A stretch of 64,000 bases of DNA from Eledone cirrhosa (lineage: Eukaryota), in NCBI GenBank assembly GCA_964016885.1, contig OZ024741.1, positions 124,310,001 to 124,374,000 on the forward strand, given 5' to 3'. The position numbers were made by a program, and so were the translations under genes. The notes under the pieces were generated by a model, which saw only the letters and a list, made by a program, of their open reading frames with translations, made no database searches and was not told the DNA's origin. Position 1 is the first letter of the stretch. Each line of letters begins with the position of its first letter. Below, in pieces: positions 13,213-26,499 of this stretch.

Positions 13213-13870
13213 TAATAATAATAATGATAATAATAATGAAAATATAGTGTACAATGCTGAGGTGCACTACAACTCATCAAAAGTGCATATATAATACATA
13301 GGGTAATATAAAAACGTCAGGAAAAAAGAACAGTGCATGAGTCATGATATACACATATGTGCATGTGTATGGAAGGGGGACATCAGGTGTAGTTTTGGTG
13401 TATTTCGGAATGTATGATGGTTTTAAAGGATGCAGTGTGTCATCAGCTAACAACTGATGCAGGAAGTTTGTTCCATCCTTCAGCAACTCTGAGCATGAAG
13501 AAATATTTCCTAAAGTCATGGGAGCTGTGTTGTTTTCTGACTTTGTAGGCATGTCCAGGTGTTAGACACATGGAGATCAAAAAGGTGTTCGGGGTTGTTG
13601 TTGGTCGGATGGTTAATAACTTTGTGGGTGTTTACCAAGTCCATTGCCAGAGGGAAGCAAAATATTCAGGGTATGGTAGGTGTCTGATGGAGGGTATGCG
13701 CTTAGTTGCATGTCTCTGAACAGTTTCCAGGAGGTCAATGTTCTGAGCAAGATAGGGGTTCCAGACTGATGACGCGAACTCCAAATGTATTCGTACCATA
13801 GATGTATACAGCTTTAAATAGATGGCTGGAGAGCAGCTAATGAGGGTCTTGCTGATTGATGCCAAGTCAA
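13213..13870 (-). mobile_element. CR1-type LINE 3' fragment
   Basis: LYTSMVRIHLEFASSVWNPY..IDLLETVQRHATKRI..LPY, followed by a 3' UTR and an (ATT)n tail at about 13213-13238. Confidence 0.8.
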
Positions 13871-14879
13871 TCTTAATAAATTGACTGATTTATCTGTTCA
13901 CTACTGCTAATCCACCGGTGTTTGTACAATTTTTTAGATAATGTCAATTTGAGCTTGATCATTGGCGTAATGAAATTTGAAAAGATTATAAGCAAATCTT
14001 TTTTAAAATACACAGACAACATTTAACTGTATCGTTGCAACATTAGATCTAATAATGGAGCAACATTTGTGCAGAATTATTGTTTGTGCAATAAGATTTT
14101 TTTTTTCTCCTATTGTTGATTTAAATTTCATATGTCGATTATTATAGTTGAATTAATAAAAAAATTAAATATTACATACAAATAGTTTAACATAATAATA
14201 AAAAAAATAATCCAACATAATAATAATAAAATAATTTAACACAAAACAAACAATATAGACAAATATACAAGTAAATATGATACAACCAATATTATAAGCA
14301 TGTTATATACACACTTCAACAGCATTCTAATAACTATTGCCTGTACAGGTAATCAAAGTGTCAATCGAATGTTAGTTTCGTGTTTTAACAGTACAAATTT
14401 ACAATACACACATAAAACCAGTGTATATACATACATGAGTGTGTATACAGATACATGAATGTGTATATACAATATATATGTATATATATATAGACACATA
14501 TATTCACGGTGCAACGGAACATTAAAATATAGATGCGGGGAGGGGTATATATAGGGGCGCTGGGGATAAAGGAGTGTACAGCGTACGTGTGTAATTGATA
14601 TATTGAAGGAGAGGAGCGTGCAGCGATAGAGTAACAAATATATAGAGAGGGGAGAGATGGTATTGAAGGGGAGGAGTGCAAAGCGAAAGAGTAAGAGAGA
14701 TATATATAGAGACGGAACAGATAAAGAGAAACAGGCGTAAGTAACAGTGGAAGAGATATAGAGAGAGGGGGGAATAAATAAATGGAAATATAAGTGTAAC
14801 AGTATAAGAGATATATAGAGAGGGGGAAAGTGTCAACGTAATGTTAGATACATCGTGACATACCTAGAAGTTTCATATG

Positions 14880-14940
<61 letters not shown>

Positions 14941-15623
14941 ATATAATATATATATAATACCATATAATCTACCCCGTACCTAACTTCCGGACGGAATTTT
15001 GAAACTTATATGTAGCCTTTTCCTTTTCTTGAAACCATTAATAAAGTACCAGTAATGTACTGAGTAATTGCTGGCCTTGTACCTAAAATAGAAACAATAA
15101 ATTATTAGCAGAAGTATATGATTAACACATGTTTATTTCCTCTTTCCTTTTTACCTACCATCTGCACTTCTTTGTGGATATATAGAAATAAAATGTACAT
15201 TTTGCAATGTAAACAAAGAATAAAATTGGAATTACCTTACAGCATATTATAATTTATAATTACAAGGTTTTCACCAAATATAGTAACAATAATTGAGAAA
15301 CACTGAGGCAATAAACGAAATATAAATTAAAACAATTCACCAGAAAATAATGGATTTCAATAAGGCAACCGAAAACAATAACTTCTATACGTCCTCATAT
15401 ATCAGTCCGCTCTTGTCTCGTCTAAAAATATACACAAAACAATTTTTCGCCAAAATGAAAACTCATATGATCTTCGGAATGAGACTTTTATTCATGTATG
15501 TTACCCCTCCCATATCATTCAATAAATATTACTGAATATTTTACACTACGGATGTTCCAAGAAATTAACGCTTTTGCTTTTTTGTTATGTATATATAGAT
15601 AATTGCACACACATATATGCATA

Positions 15624-15671
<48 letters not shown>

Positions 15672-15766
15672 TTTACACAGGTACAGGTATATACATACAC
15701 ACATATATATGTATAAATATATATATATATACATATATATATATGTCTACACATATATATATATAC

Positions 15767-15868
<102 letters not shown>

Positions 15869-16384
15869 CTGCGTGCGCCCCTCCTTTTGTGTATGGGTAA
15901 TCTATATTCTGTATAACACTCATTTGTTCATTTTCCTAAAATCAATTATATCCCAATTTCCCTTCTCTTTTCTATTAATGGAGGCCAGAGATAATTATCA
16001 GTATTGTATGTTTATGTTTTTATCAACTTAATAAGGGATAAGACAAAAAATATAAAACAATGTATAAGAAATGAAAACACAATAGACATATTAACTGCGT
16101 TCTCTTTTCAATGGCGTCACATTATATTTTCTGTCCATTAGATACTCTTAATAAATGAAAGTCTTGGTCAATATCAGTTATATATAGAAATAGGGTGATA
16201 TTGTATTGAAACTTTTAAAATGACTTTTTACTTATTGTTCATTATACTTCAGCTGGAAATAATGAACTCTTGTTACTGTGCAGAGTATTAATACTTTAAA
16301 GTAAATAACTATAACAACAAAAGATAATAAAAAATAAAATATATATGAAGATGTAAATAGAGATTTTATCGTAAAGGTCTAGAT

Positions 16385-16760
16385 GCGTGTGGCTTAGAGT
16401 TTAGGGTACGCAATTCATGATCGTATTCTTTTGAGTTCGATTCCCGGCAGGGTGGTGTGCCAATTAATAAGATACTTAATCGTACATTACTCCTGCTTAA
16501 ATGAGTTGTACGTGTAACTCTAATGGCCAGTATCATCACACACTGTCACTTTGAATCCTCTATTGAACTACGTTAATTATACTAGTGTCTATCGAATAAT
16601 CGGGCCCTTACACGTTAGAACCAGTGGTTGTTCAACAACATCAACAACACCTCGATTGTTAGAAAACAAAATCAATTAGGGTTCAACGTGGAAGCGCCTT
16701 TGTGTACTCAGGCACTTACATGATAATTTTATGAGTATGCCATTCCATTTACCGAACAAC
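16385..16760 (+). mobile_element. Second tRNA-derived SINE family, old copy
   Basis: tRNA-like head gcgtgtggcttag...gagttcgattccc; the body is shared with 53505-53790 and, inverted, with about 21680-21790 and 55450-55570. Confidence 0.6.
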
Positions 16761-16812
16761 AAAAGCTCTCTTTGTCTATTTAGGAAGGCTAGTTACCTTT
16801 ATCATTTTTATA

Positions 16813-19800
16813 CAGGGTGGCTGGAAGGATGATTAATTAGCATGATTAATTAGCGGTCGATGTTCATAAAACATGTAGTAGACGTACTGTAGAGTGTTAC
16901 GATTCTACATAAGCACCAGCGGGGTGCACCATCTGCAATCTTCTGGGAATATCGTCGACTGATTTCATGAGAAACTCAGGCGGTATGTTGGTCAGTACAT
17001 GATGAATGAGGTCCCTCAATTGAGTCAGAGCTCTTGATTTTGAACTATAAACTTCGACCTTCGCCCACCCCCACATGAAAACATCGTATATATAATGTGG
17101 TCTCCATTTAATGCCGCAAAAACTGGCGATGGACGTGTGACCTGTCCCGGGAAGCGTGGAATGAAGGTACAAAGATTACGTATCCCGAGACCCCAAAGAG
17201 GGTCTGAAAGGATGCAAACCTTGACAATTGGAACCAGGACCATCATAACCCTTACATATAAGTAACAGGAATTAGTGGAGGAAGGTAGATGCTACCGGCT
17301 AGATATATGCTGAGGCTCTGATACTGTAGATTTGCATGGTGGATGGAAACTCCACTATTCAGGTGTCACACAAGAAATGATTGCACAGGCGGGAGTGGTG
17401 ATACTCATAAGCCTCCGTCTTTCAGGGTATGTTATGGACTGGATACCATTAGGATGGAGGATTTGCATCTTGAAGCTTAGGCTAAAAGATAGGTCTCTGT
17501 GGGTGGTGCAAGTTTATGCACCAAACACGGAGTCCGAATACAAGCCCTTCCTTGATGAAGTCACTGCTACGTTAGATGTATTTAAGACTAAGTCGTATAT
17601 CCTGATGGGAAACTTCAATGCACATGTTGGCACTGACCACCTGCCATGGAAAGAAGTGATTGGAAGCAATAGAAGGAATGGAGAGCCTTGTTACCCTTCT
17701 GTTGTAGCAGTAATAGAGATATTACTAACACCTTCTTCAAGCACAGGGACATCCATAACTATACTTGGTATAAGGGGAATCGGGGATAGAGATCAATAAT
17801 TGATTTTGTTATTGGCTCTGATCTCTGTTCATGTTAAGAGAGGAGCTGAGCTGTCAACTGATCAACATCTATTTTTCTGCAGGCAAAGAAGCATATAAAA
17901 CTGGCAGCTCCAGAGCGACCTTCAGGATAAATTGGGAAGCGTTGGTAGATAAGAAAGTAAGGACCAGGTAAGCAGATACATTCAAATTCAGAGAACTGCC
18001 AGAGCAAACTGGGTTCTTTGAGACAGAGTGGAGGTTGTCCAGCAGTTTCTGCTTCAGCTGATAAATGCTGTCGGCGAAAGATGCTTGGTTTGAAACTGGA
18101 TGGCAGGAGGACCTATTGGTTCAATCAAGAAGTCAATGATGCCATCTGAGCAAAAAAGGTGGCTTAAAAGCTTGGCCTGGATATAAGTCCTCTTTCTTTT
18201 ATTTGCGGTACACGAGGGACGAAAAATCATAGCAGAGACAGTAAAGGCGTCCAGATCAGCAAAGAAAGATCAGCAAAGAAAGTGTTCTGGCAGTCTACCC
18301 ACCGACTGCAAAATACGACGTTCTCCTCCACACATGCTGTCAAGAAATCATCTCTTGGATTCTTCTCTCTTCAGAGAGATGCATCCTCACGAGGTGGAGA
18401 AAATAATTTCTTAATCACCTAAACCTGGTCACAATAGCATCTGATGTACATGAGGTGCATCTGAGAGCGGTGATTACTCTCTCAGAGGCTGAGGTCACAC
18501 GAGCAGTTAAAGAGTTCAAATATGGCAAGGCCGCTGGAGAAGATGAAATCCGGCCCGAGATGTTAAAAGCCTTAAATAGGGAAGGTATTCTCTGACTAAC
18601 TTGTGTGTGCCGTGTGGTCTGGGTCTCTTAAAAAGCACCTAAGCAATGTCAATCGGGAGTGATAATCCCAATTTTCCAAAAAGGGCGACAAGAGAGTCTA
18701 TTCTGATTACAGAGAGATCTCCTTGTTAAAGATAAAGTTAATGCTGTCTGGCATTGAGGGAGATTGTCGAATCCAAGCTAGCTGATGAGCAGTGCGGTTT
18801 TCACCCCTGACGCAGCACAGCCGACCAAATATTCAGTCTTCGAGAAATCGTGGGGGTATTGCTAAGAGGTATATTATTGTTTTGTATGCTTAGAAAAGGC
18901 ATACGACCAAGTTCCTCGGGATCTACTGTGAAAGGTGTTGCAGGATCCATGGTCAGCTTGTTGCTTACGATGTCTCTCTACGAATCCCCGATTATTTGTG
19001 TATGGATTTAAGGAACTAAATCTAAATCATTCAATGAGTGTGTCGGACATCATCATGTGTGCGTACGCTGGGCTTATTTTTATGAAAAGGATAGCCATGT
19101 GCAATGGAATTCAATAGAAGCAGGTGGAGAATTGCAGCTATCTCGGAGCCGTGTTCGCAGGTGATGGAAGGCAAGAGGCTGAATTAAAAGCAATGATTGC
19201 AGGAGCTAATGTCGTGATGCATTCGGTAATCAGAAAAAAGGGATGTAGGTGTAAAATCCAAACTCGCTATCTTCAATTCGTTATTCCTGCTAATTATTAC
19301 CTATGGTCATGAATCTTGTTTAATGACAGGAACAATACGATCGCAAATACAAACGCTCGAAATAGTGCTCTACCGTAGGATCTTCGGCATAACGTTACTC
19401 GATAGACTATGTAGCTCGGGGATCGGAGAGTCACTCCAGGTAGAGCCGCTATTTCTCCGAATTGAGAGATCACAGCACCAACTATGGGCATGTGGTTAGA
19501 ATGTCTCCGGAAAGAATCACTTGATAGATTGTACGGGCAAAACCAACCAGTATGAGACCCAGGAGTAGTCCCAAGCAAGATGGTGTGTTTAAATCCATGA
19601 ACGTGTCTGGTCTGGTCTGGTTTGGAGACGGTTGATTCTGAGAGGACTCGCTGGAAGGAGTATTTGCGGACTCTGTCCCCACGATCCTCTTGGGAATAAG
19701 TGGACGAAGAAGAAGAATGATGAAGAAGAAGGTTTCTTTGTCTCCATCTTATGTATGGGATCTATTGTCGGCGTGCATTGACATTTATCATTCTTGAAGA

Positions 19801-20345
19801 TGATTTCCAGCATTAGTTTCGTGTCAAGTGTATAAATGTTAAGTAACATCCGATTCAGGGTGCAGCATAGACAAATATCTAAGAAGTTCGGCTCACAATC
19901 ATTGGGTCCCGGGAGGAATTTCACTGATTGGCATATTGGGTAAATGCCATTTATCTTAGCCTCTGTTCGCCCGATGACTTGTAAATGAAATTGAGTAGCA
20001 AGAAACATTTTGTAATTTGAAGGTCTGAATCTCATTCAGAACTAGACGTATATTAAGTGTACCGGTTTTTGCGAAAAGCTTTATCACTTGTGCTTTAATT
20101 TTACGAGCAGGCATTTCCATTCGAAAGACACTGGTTTGTAATGGGGCATGAGTTAGCAGGTCCGTTTGACCGAAATTCACTAAATGACTTAGTGGTCCAT
20201 TTACAAAATCTAAGAGACGTTTACGCGGCATCTCCACCCACCACAAATTTTCAATTAGTGTGTAAATTTCTAAGAATTTAGAAAATTATATTTTTTTAAA
20301 TAAATGTTTTTTCAGAATAGCATTTTATAAATTAATGCAGCCCTG
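16813..20345 (-). mobile_element. Tc1-like DNA transposon relic split by an RTE insertion
   Basis: C-terminal peptide MWGWAKVEVYSSK..LTQLRDLI..IPPEFL..RL..GAYVE (about 16897-17080). N-terminal-like FRMEMPARKIKAQVIKLFAKTGT (about 20060-20130). TA|CAGGG termini at 16813 and 20345. Confidence 0.6.
17090..19731 (+). mobile_element. RTE-clade LINE, decayed (APE endonuclease + RT)
   Basis: APE motifs VQVYAPN and ILMGNFNAHVG. RT motifs GKAAGEDEIRPEMLKA, IIPIF..KGD, QCGFHP and LEKAYDQVPR. Ends in a (GAA)n-like tail. Many stops and deletions. Confidence 0.9.
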
Positions 20346-20495
20346 TAGTGTTTAATGGTTTAAAAAATATATTTTAGATTAAATTACATCCGTGAAGGGA
20401 AATATAAATTCATAAAACTAATGAATAGCAGTATAAACGAATATAAGGCAGATTTAAACAGAACGCAAATAAGTTTTCATTAATTAAATACAAAT

Positions 20496-20842
20496 TTAGA
20501 ATTAGCTTTTAGATTTATAATAAATAAGGAAATAATTGTTTATACTTTTGGCACAAGGCCAGCAATTACCAGTGTATTACTGGTACTTTATTTTATCGAC
20601 CCTGTAAGGATCGATAAAATAACGTACCAGTAATACACTGGGTATTTGCTGACCATGTGCCAAAAGTAGAAACAATTATTTCCTTAATTATTATAAACCT
20701 AAAAGCTAATTCTAAGGAAATAATTGTTTCTACTTTTGGCACAAGGCCAGCAATTAACCAGTACATTACTGGTACTTTACTTTATCGACTCTGTAAGGAT
20801 GAAAGGCAAAGTTAAACTCGGCGGGATTTGAAGGAAATAATG
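20496..20842. mobile_element. SINE fragment with fold-back triplication
   Basis: 20496-20603 is inverted at 20607-20715, then a third copy in the original orientation runs to 20832. AAGGAAATAAT is repeated at the ends. Confidence 0.8.
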
Positions 20843-22024
20843 AAAGCAATTAATATATATATTTGTTAATTTCAAATTAAAAGTAGGACTTTCCCCTTCG
20901 TGTGAAAGTCAACCTCACGTAGACGTAAGAAAAAGTTTGCATGAATTGATGGTCGGGTATATTATATAACCTAAGAGGTCCAAATCGAGATATAAGGGGT
21001 GAAATCTAAATTTCTGCATAGTGGCGGTAATAATCGCGATCCTATATTTGTAAAAATACAACCAGCATCTTTTGGAATTTTAGAATGTATCATAATGTGC
21101 GTTTATGAAACCAATGACTATGTAAAACCCTGTGTGATATATATCTAAGGATTACATACATTAATTTTTCGACGCATATTACTCTAGGAATGCATTAGAG
21201 TTACAGAAATACGTGTACAAATGTGCTTTACAAGCGATAGACTTCTGAATTTTCCGACAAAGGAAATATTATCTACAGAAAATAATTTCTCTTTCATTGA
21301 ATAAACTACTCTGTAAAAGAACATAGTTCTCGTTATCATACAATCAAGAAAACATTTTTGAATGAAGGCATTGATATAAATTTATCTCCACGTGTTGGCA
21401 GGAAATCTAATATATACCGTTTGTTGAAAGGAAGTATTAAAAAAAGGAAATTACAAAATGTGACTGGAGGGTAGTATCATTTAGTATTGAATCACATAAA
21501 GAATCAATTATTTGTAAATGTTACTTCAATCGTAATGGAAGTTGAATTCCATGCTTTGACTGTATTCCTCTTTCAAATTTCATGAATTACATAAAGGTAT
21601 AAGCATATACTTCCATCGGTCTCGACGATGACTGTCCGATTTGTTCGATCAATGGAATAGTCTGATCATGGATTTAACGAGCAGCTGGCTGATATTTCCA
21701 GAGTCGAATGGACCGTTATCAGAATTCTCAGGGAGACTAAGCATAACACAAGGATAAAACTGGCCCTTTGAATTACAGGTATAGTCAATATGATGGGCAG
21801 ACATCAAAAAAGCTCCTGTGTACCTAATTTCACTTACAAAACTTGCGTCGACCAGAGACTGTGGTAAATGATACTTACCAAAAATGTCAGATGGTTGAAG
21901 CAAACATTATGAGTGTGAAGTGAACATCTTCCCCATTCGAACTTGCTATATATTCTAGGTAAAGATTGCCAGATTCAACGGCATTCAGCATTTGGAATTT
22001 GGAAACATATAATTTATGTTACTT

Positions 22025-22183
22025 ATCGGTAGAGAGTCGGACGCCAGACTTACGGCCTTTGCCATTCTGAGTTCAAATCCCGCCGAAGTTAACTTTGCCT
22101 TTCATCCTTACGGGGTCGATAAAATAAAGTACCAGTAATGCACTGGGTAATTGCTGGCCTTGTGCCAACACTAGAAACAATTA
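22025..22183 (+). mobile_element. tRNA-derived SINE (dominant family)
   Basis: Match to the family consensus. Confidence 0.85.
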
Positions 22184-22716
22184 TATTATTTCTATTTGCA
22201 TTAATTTGGTATGAATATGTGTTTTGTGAGGAGAGGAATAATTCAATGTGTTTACACATCATTCTATTCTCAGGAAAGATTCCTAATTCAGAATTTGTGG
22301 GTTTTCTTTACATTAAAGAAATTTACCTTACATGTTAAACTATGTAAGTCAAATTTCTAAACTACTATGTTTTGTTTTAGCGTAATAATAATTGTTTAAA
22401 TAAATGAGTTGTGGAACTTATTCACACCACAAAAATCACACTGAAATATTTAGGGCTGTTAGCGAAATCCTGGAAAAGTTATATTTAAAAAAAAAAAAAT
22501 AATAATATGTGAAACACGTAAAGATAATATGTTTCTCAGTAAACAAAGTAATAACCGCAAAGACTTTACACTTCCGTTTTTCAAAGCAGGACATCTAATT
22601 AAAGACAGAAGTTATATCTAGATTAAATTAACATTAAATGGTCTAATACACGTTATCCCCCAATGTCAATATTTATTGTTTATTCAAATTACATTGCTAT
22701 ATATATATATATAAAT

Positions 22717-22749
<33 letters not shown>

Positions 22750-23029
22750 AATATATATATATATATGCAACCTATTGAAATATTACAACATTTCAGGTAT
22801 GTAATACGTGCAGCTTGATATATATAGAACAGTTACAATAGATTTACTCAAAGCCGACACAACTACACATACACACATGCATACATACACATGTACGTCA
22901 ATACTCATCTTCTTCCATTTCTTAGAAGGTTCTAAAGCCCACTATCAGGGTAAAATAAGATGAATGTTTCTATTTTCTATATTTATTTATATATACATAC
23001 ATAAATATTGTATACATACACACTCACAG

Positions 23030-23090
<61 letters not shown>

Positions 23091-23140
23091 AATATAAGTA
23101 TGTATACGTACATACATATATGTATACAGACGTACAATAG

Positions 23141-23184
<44 letters not shown>

Positions 23185-23548
23185 CTATTTGCTGTATTTG
23201 CTGGCATGGACGTGCATCTGTGCGCCTATGTTAGTTGATATATTAAATTATCTATATTTATCTCCAAATCACTGATTTGTCGAGCAAACCTGCCAAAACC
23301 ACTTCAAAATTTTTTTATTTTTTTTTATGGGGGGGTGTTAGTAGGCGTCAGTCATCTTACCATCCCATTCCTTCTAACTAGCCTCTATGTCACGTGATTG
23401 ATTCTTTAGAATCGGACATTTGACTGGAAGCAGTGAGAATTTCAGTACATAGAATCCAGTCCTCGCCTAGCTGTTCTTTCTACTGAATTATTATGTTTAT
23501 ATGAGCCGCTAGTGTCCGCGCATTGCCTGGAGGCTTAGCTGAGAATAG

Positions 23549-23630
23549 ACTCCCTGATGACGCAATGAATTCTCGACAGTTGGATTATGTAACTGTCTTT
23601 ATCCCATTGCAGAAACTAATTAGTTGGAGT
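23549..23630 (+). ncRNA. Type I hammerhead ribozyme with extended stem II (copy 1)
   Basis: actcc-CTGATGA-c-gcaatg[..gacagtt..aactgtc..]cattgc-a-GAAAC-taatta-GTT-ggagt. Confidence 0.85.
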
Positions 23631-24104
23631 GAAAATTTAAGTAAGTAAGTAAAAAATTTTAAAAAAATTTTTTTTTTTAAATATTTTCTTATTTTACGTC
23701 TTTTATATTATTGTTCTGCACCCTCCTGCATTGAACCACCTAGGTACTATGACATAACCTGTGTATTTGCTGGCATGGACGTGCATCTGTGCGCCTATGT
23801 TAGTTGATATATTAAATTATCTATATTTATCTCCAAATCACTGATTTGTCGATCAAACCTGCCAAAACCACTTCAAAATTTGTTTTTTGGGGTGTTAGTA
23901 GGCGTCAGTCATCTTACCATCCCATTCCTTCTAACTAGCCTCTATGTCACGTGATTGATTCTTTAGAATCGGACATTGACTGGAAGCAGTGAGAATTTCA
24001 GTACATAGAATCCAGTCCTCGCCTAGCTGTTCTTTCTACTGAATTATTATTTTTATATGAGCCGCTAGTGTCCGCGCATTGCCTGGAGGCTCAGCTGAGA
24101 ATAG

Positions 24105-24186
24105 ACTCCCTGATGACGCAATGAATTCTCGACAGTTGGATTATGTAACTGTCTTTATCCCATTGCAGAAACTAATTAGTTGGAGT
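24105..24186 (+). ncRNA. Type I hammerhead ribozyme with extended stem II (copy 2)
   Basis: Same as copy 1. Confidence 0.85.
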
Positions 24187-24658
24187 GAAAATTTAAGTAA
24201 GTAAGAAAAAAATTTTTTTAAAATTTTTTTAAATATATTTTCTTATTTTACGTCTTTATATTATTGTTCTGCACCCTCCTGCATTGAACCACCTAGGTAC
24301 TATGACATAACCTGTGTATTTGCTGGCATGGACGTGCATCTGTGCGCCTATGTTAGTTGATATATTAAATTATCTATATTTATCTCCAAATCACGGATTT
24401 GTCGATCAAACCTGCCAAAACCACTTCAAAATTTTTTTTTTGGGGTGTTAGTAGGCTTCAGTCATCTTACCATCCCATTCCTTCTAACTAGCCTCTATGT
24501 CACGTGATTGATTCTTTAGAATCGGACATTTGACTGGAAGCAGTGAGAATTTCAGTACATAGAATCCAGTCCTCGTCTAGCTGTTCTTTCTACTGAATTA
24601 TTATTTTTATATGAGCCGCTAGTGTCCGCGCATTGCCTGGAGGCTCAGCTGAGAATAG

Positions 24659-24740
24659 ACTCCCTGATGACGCAATGAATTCTCGACAGTTGGATTATGT
24701 AACTGTCTTTATCCCATTGCAGAAACTAATTAGTTGGAGT
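24659..24740 (+). ncRNA. Type I hammerhead ribozyme with extended stem II (copy 3)
   Basis: Same as copy 1. Confidence 0.85.
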
Positions 24741-24806
24741 GAAAATTTAAGTAAGTAAGTAAAAAAAATTTTTAAAATTTTTTTTAAAATATTTTCTTAT
24801 TTTACG

Positions 24807-24909
<103 letters not shown>

Positions 24910-25171
24910 TAAATATACACGGGTGTGTATGATTTTGTATAGAAGATTATATTAATAAGAGGAATTCCAACTTTGTCTGATTTACTCGTTTTATTTACAA
25001 TCCTTTAAAATATATATAATATATAAAATATATATAATATATAAAACGAGTAAATCAGACAAAGTTGGAATTCCTCTTATTAATATAATCTTCTATACAC
25101 AATCATACACACCCGTGTATATTTACCTATCTATATCTATATATATATATTCCTATCGTGTATATGCCAAC

Positions 25172-26498
25172 ATGTCTGGAAAGCAACAAATGAAACCAAC
25201 AGAATCAGAAAGAATTCTAAAGGAGATATCATCGAAATTATCAACACTTATCACGATGATGGACACACAATCCTCTATTTTAAAGGAAATAGAAAAACAA
25301 TCTACAGACGGAAAACTTATAACTGAACATATAAACTCTGAAATTAAGAATTTAGCTGAAATTATACCAACAGTTATCAAAGATACAAGAGAAAGCCTAC
25401 CACAACCCCCTTGGATGTCAGAAATAAACGAAAGAAATTTGGAAAACAAAACACATCGAATAAGAAAAGAAATGTGGAAGACATGGAAAAAATTCCTTAA
25501 CATAAGAAAACAAAATTTCTGGAAAGCATACAGATGCGAACAATATGTCGAAACACATTCGAAATGGCTCTCTCTAACGGCACCCATACTCCCTCGTAAA
25601 TACCTAATTACAGAAATTGCAGGAGAACCAGAAGAAGAAACAAAACTCCGATGGGAACTTACATTCACAAAATTCAGGACCGACATCTCCATTTCTGAAT
25701 GTAAACAATCCCGCTACTAAGCCAAATATGAAGCTATTGATGACCAAATTGAAGTTGAAATTTCAAAGCTAACGACGAGAACTATGGATCGGAGATATCT
25801 CAAAAGAAGAAAACAAATCATGAAAGGTATGGCAGCAGAAACAATTATTTCTCGATGAATATGCTGCAAATTACGGTAAAGACTCTGGAACCCTGAGAAA
25901 AAGCATTAAAAGTGGATATTCTCATCAACACAACATACGCCAGAACACGTGCCAACACAAACACTCACCTTACCTTGAATCAAAGAAGAACTACGGTAAT
26001 AACTCTTCGCTTTTTCTACAAAAACACCCTATCGCACACAACATGAACAAAAAGCACAACCACGATAGGTATTCCTTTGACCAGACCATGAGAAGTAGTA
26101 AAACCAGGAGATCATTCTCAAGATCTCAACAGAGACTACCAACAAGGAATGTGGAAACAAAACATAGAATAACCAGATCACTCTCAAGATCTCAACAGAG
26201 ATTGCCCACAAGAAACTGGACGAAAAAACGATCTAAACCTGAAAGCAAACCTAGGTCATTTTCCCAGATTGTTAAAAATAATGCTAACAGGAAGAAAAAT
26301 AATATACAGAATACCAAAAATAGGACAAAATACATAACGAAACCAAATATAATATCACGACCAAAAGTTCATCAAGCGAACACCAACAGGAATATAAATC
26401 CTGAACAGAGAAAAATTCATATTTTAACGTCAGGACAACAAAAACCGGAAAAAGAAAAACTCCAGGAGGAAACATACCCAAAACAGCTGTACACGTAG
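25172..26498 (+). pseudogene. Upstream ORF / N-terminal region of the Neptune-type PLE (coiled-coil-like, then basic R/S/K-rich)
   Basis: ORFs 25115..25720 and 26043..26498 with first plausible ATG at 25172. Interrupted by a stop and frameshift. Contains a 66-bp-period repeat encoding RS(F/L)SRSQQRLPTRN. Confidence 0.6.
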
Positions 26499-26499
26499 A

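Noticed and set aside
22900-22965. Minus-strand CTGATAG...ttagaa/ttctaa-GAAA hammerhead-like trace
   Set aside because: Core is altered and there is no stem III or cleavage triplet; too degenerate to call.
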